Shown one piece after another: positions 9,306 to 10,892 of a DNA stretch of 10,892 bases. The position numbers and the translations under genes are program-made. Under the pieces are notes generated by a model that saw only the letters and a program-made list of their open reading frames with translations, was not told the DNA's origin and ran no database searches. Source of the stretch: Paraspadella gotoi (Eukaryota > Animalia > Chaetognatha); the NCBI GenBank assembly GCA_051294375.1, contig JBJCIZ010001016.1, forward strand, positions 1-10,892. Reading direction: 5' to 3'. Every line of letters starts with the position of its first letter. Within the stretch, counting starts at the first letter, position 1.

Positions 9306-9500
9306 ATGCTCCCCTGTTATAATCCATGTTGTCGCTTGTTTTGAGAAGTTTCCGAAGTTGGTTTTGAGAATCTTGTCATCGTTGGCTCATTCCCATCTTT
9401 TTCCGTTGTTATGTTGTTCTTTTTGCTCTTTTCTTCTTTGTTCGGACCCGTCTCGAGTGGAAGCTGCAGAGAAAAGGAAGGAGGGAGCAAAAAGCGTAAA

Positions 9501-9581
9501 GGGGGGATGGTGGGTGGGGGAGAGGGTGGGACTTGGGCTGGGTCAGTGAGGGAGGAGGAGGAGGAGAAGAAAGAGAAGGAG
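9501..9581 (+). other. G-run cluster (G-quadruplex potential) followed by a 34-nt polypurine tract (also ~4790-4874 and ~7200-7281)
   Basis: GGGGGGATGGTGGGTGGGGGAGAGGGTGGGACTTGGGCTGGG has seven runs of 3 or more G. Bases 9548-9581 are all purines. Confidence 0.7.
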
Positions 9582-9588
9582 CGGGCGA

Positions 9589-10607
9589 TAAAGAACGGAG
9601 TGAGGCCGCTTCCAGAACGCGTTAAAATGCTACAGGAAAATGCTCGACCCACGACGATAAAGGAACTGCAGAGATTTCTGGGATGATAAATTACTACAGC
9701 ATTTCATCCCCAGAGTCAACCACAGATTCGCCTCCCTTGTACGAGGCCCTCAGTGGCAAGCCGAAAAATCTGGACTGGACAAACGACTGTGAACAAGCGT
9801 TTCAGATCCAAGCGGCATTAAAAAAACTTCATCATCCTGGAACCGGAGCAAAAATTTGCATCAAACGGATGCCTCAGATTTGGCCATTGGAGCAGTGCTG
9901 GGCAAAAGAGGCCCAAAAGGATGGGAGCCTCTGCCTTTTCTTGCCAGCTCGCCAAAAAACAACGCTTATGGCCTCCGTCGATAACGAACTTTTCGGCGCC
10001 TTTCAAAGCTGTCCGCCACTCAAGCACAGGGTCGAAGGTAGATCATTTACCTTGTAATACGATCACAAAGCCTGGTGACGGCGTTCAAAAGAAAGAAGAG
10101 TCTCAGCGTTCGTCAGTCGTATCAGCTCTCAGTGATCGCTGAGTTTACGACAGACGTGCATTATTTAAAGAGTAAGGCCAACGTTGTGGCCGACGCCCTC
10201 TCGCGGCCAAACTCAACGTCAAATTCGAATCTTAGAGTCGAAGTGGCAGGCCACAAGCCGACGGCGACATTCGCTCATCAAAACCCGTTATCCATCTCCC
10301 GACCAATCTCGACACCGCTCAACACGTTTTCGTCAGGCGAGCAGGCATTCATCCTCCACTTACAGCACCATATGAAGGACCTTACCGTGTAGTGATCGCA
10401 ACGGCCCTTAACGTCACCAATCAAAATCCCAAGTAAAGGCGCGAATGCTAAACATCGCCCGCGTCAAACCAGCGTGGTTTCCAACGAGACGTTGGAGGTC
10501 GATCAGGGACATCCTCAGCGACGCCCAGCAGGCGCCAGCCCGTCCTACGAACGAGGACGCCGCAGAAACAAACTCGGACAACTCGTTCAAATATTCAACG
10601 CACAGGG
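9589..10607 (+). mobile_element. Internally deleted Ty3/Gypsy pol fragment (cleanest copy)
   Basis: GVRPLPERV..PTTIKELQRFLG/MINYY (RT thumb). RNase H acidic motifs: TDAS (D codon 9868), NELF (9986), DHK (10061) and VADALSR (10192). HVFVRR...PYEGPY follows (GPY at 10377-10385). No YXDD, no HHCC zinc finger, no DDE integrase core. Confidence 0.95.
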
Positions 10608-10892
10608 TCGCCCGAACCGGTTCCTCCTCCTCCTCCTCCTTTCCCTCTCACTCCAAACCACCCCACCTTCCCCCAACCCACCCTCGTCCCCTTTACGTCT
10701 TTTTTTCTCTCTCTCCTCTCCTCAGACCTCCATGCGAGACGAGTCAATCCCAGAGCGAGAAGAGAGAATCACAAACAACAACAACAACGAAAAAGGAAAA
10801 AACAAACTCACGATCGAAAGATCCTCAAAACCAACGCAGAGAACTTTCTAGCAGGATGCCAATCACTAATCGACCCACTTACTCTGTCGTGC

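Larger units (their letters stand above)
8299..9588. repeat. Long imperfect inverted duplication, unit 3
   Basis: Termini TCGCCCG...CGGGCGA. Includes a perfect 20-bp inverted match between 8950-8969 (GGATTCGAACCATCGAACTC) and 9239-9258. Confidence 0.92.
2919..10892 (+). repeat. Head-to-tail tandem array (macrosatellite), ~3.4 copies of a ~2.3-2.4 kb unit, running off the window end
   Basis: The marker CCTGGTG recurs at 2951, 5370, 7763 and 10071 (periods 2419, 2393, 2308). All internal landmarks recur in the same order. Confidence 0.98.

Noticed and set aside
2919-10892. Autonomous LTR retrotransposon or tandem LTR elements
   Set aside because: No gag, protease, YXDD RT core, integrase core, or recognisable TG...CA LTR with PBS.
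2919-10892. CRISPR array, retron or other prokaryotic system
   Set aside because: No short repeat-spacer structure or operon-like gene density. The RT-related sequence is eukaryotic Ty3/Gypsy type and lacks the catalytic core.

Overview
AT-rich sequence that looks eukaryotic, probably invertebrate. Bases 1-~2918 are single-copy and non-coding, with a small TIR-bounded MITE-like element (745-1100), an (AG)24 microsatellite and a 14-bp E-box palindrome. From ~2919 to the window end lies a head-to-tail array of ~3.4 copies of a ~2.3-2.4 kb unit. The copies differ mostly by scattered 1-bp indels, as expected of unpolished long-read sequence. Each unit has two parts. The first is a ~1.0 kb internally deleted Ty3/Gypsy pol fragment: RT thumb/connection and RNase H joined directly to the GPY/F integrase C-terminal region, with no gag, protease, RT core, integrase core or LTR. 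The second is a ~1.3 kb old, imperfect inverted duplication. The main discovery is at the centre of that duplication: two divergently oriented paralogous ~120-nt elements. Each has Pol III-type A-box/B-box motifs at tRNA spacing and folds into the same three-way junction, supported by several compensatory base changes between the paralogues. I cannot assign them to a known RNA family. No intact protein-coding gene can be called as the sequence stands. All alignments, consensus sequences and folds were done by eye.
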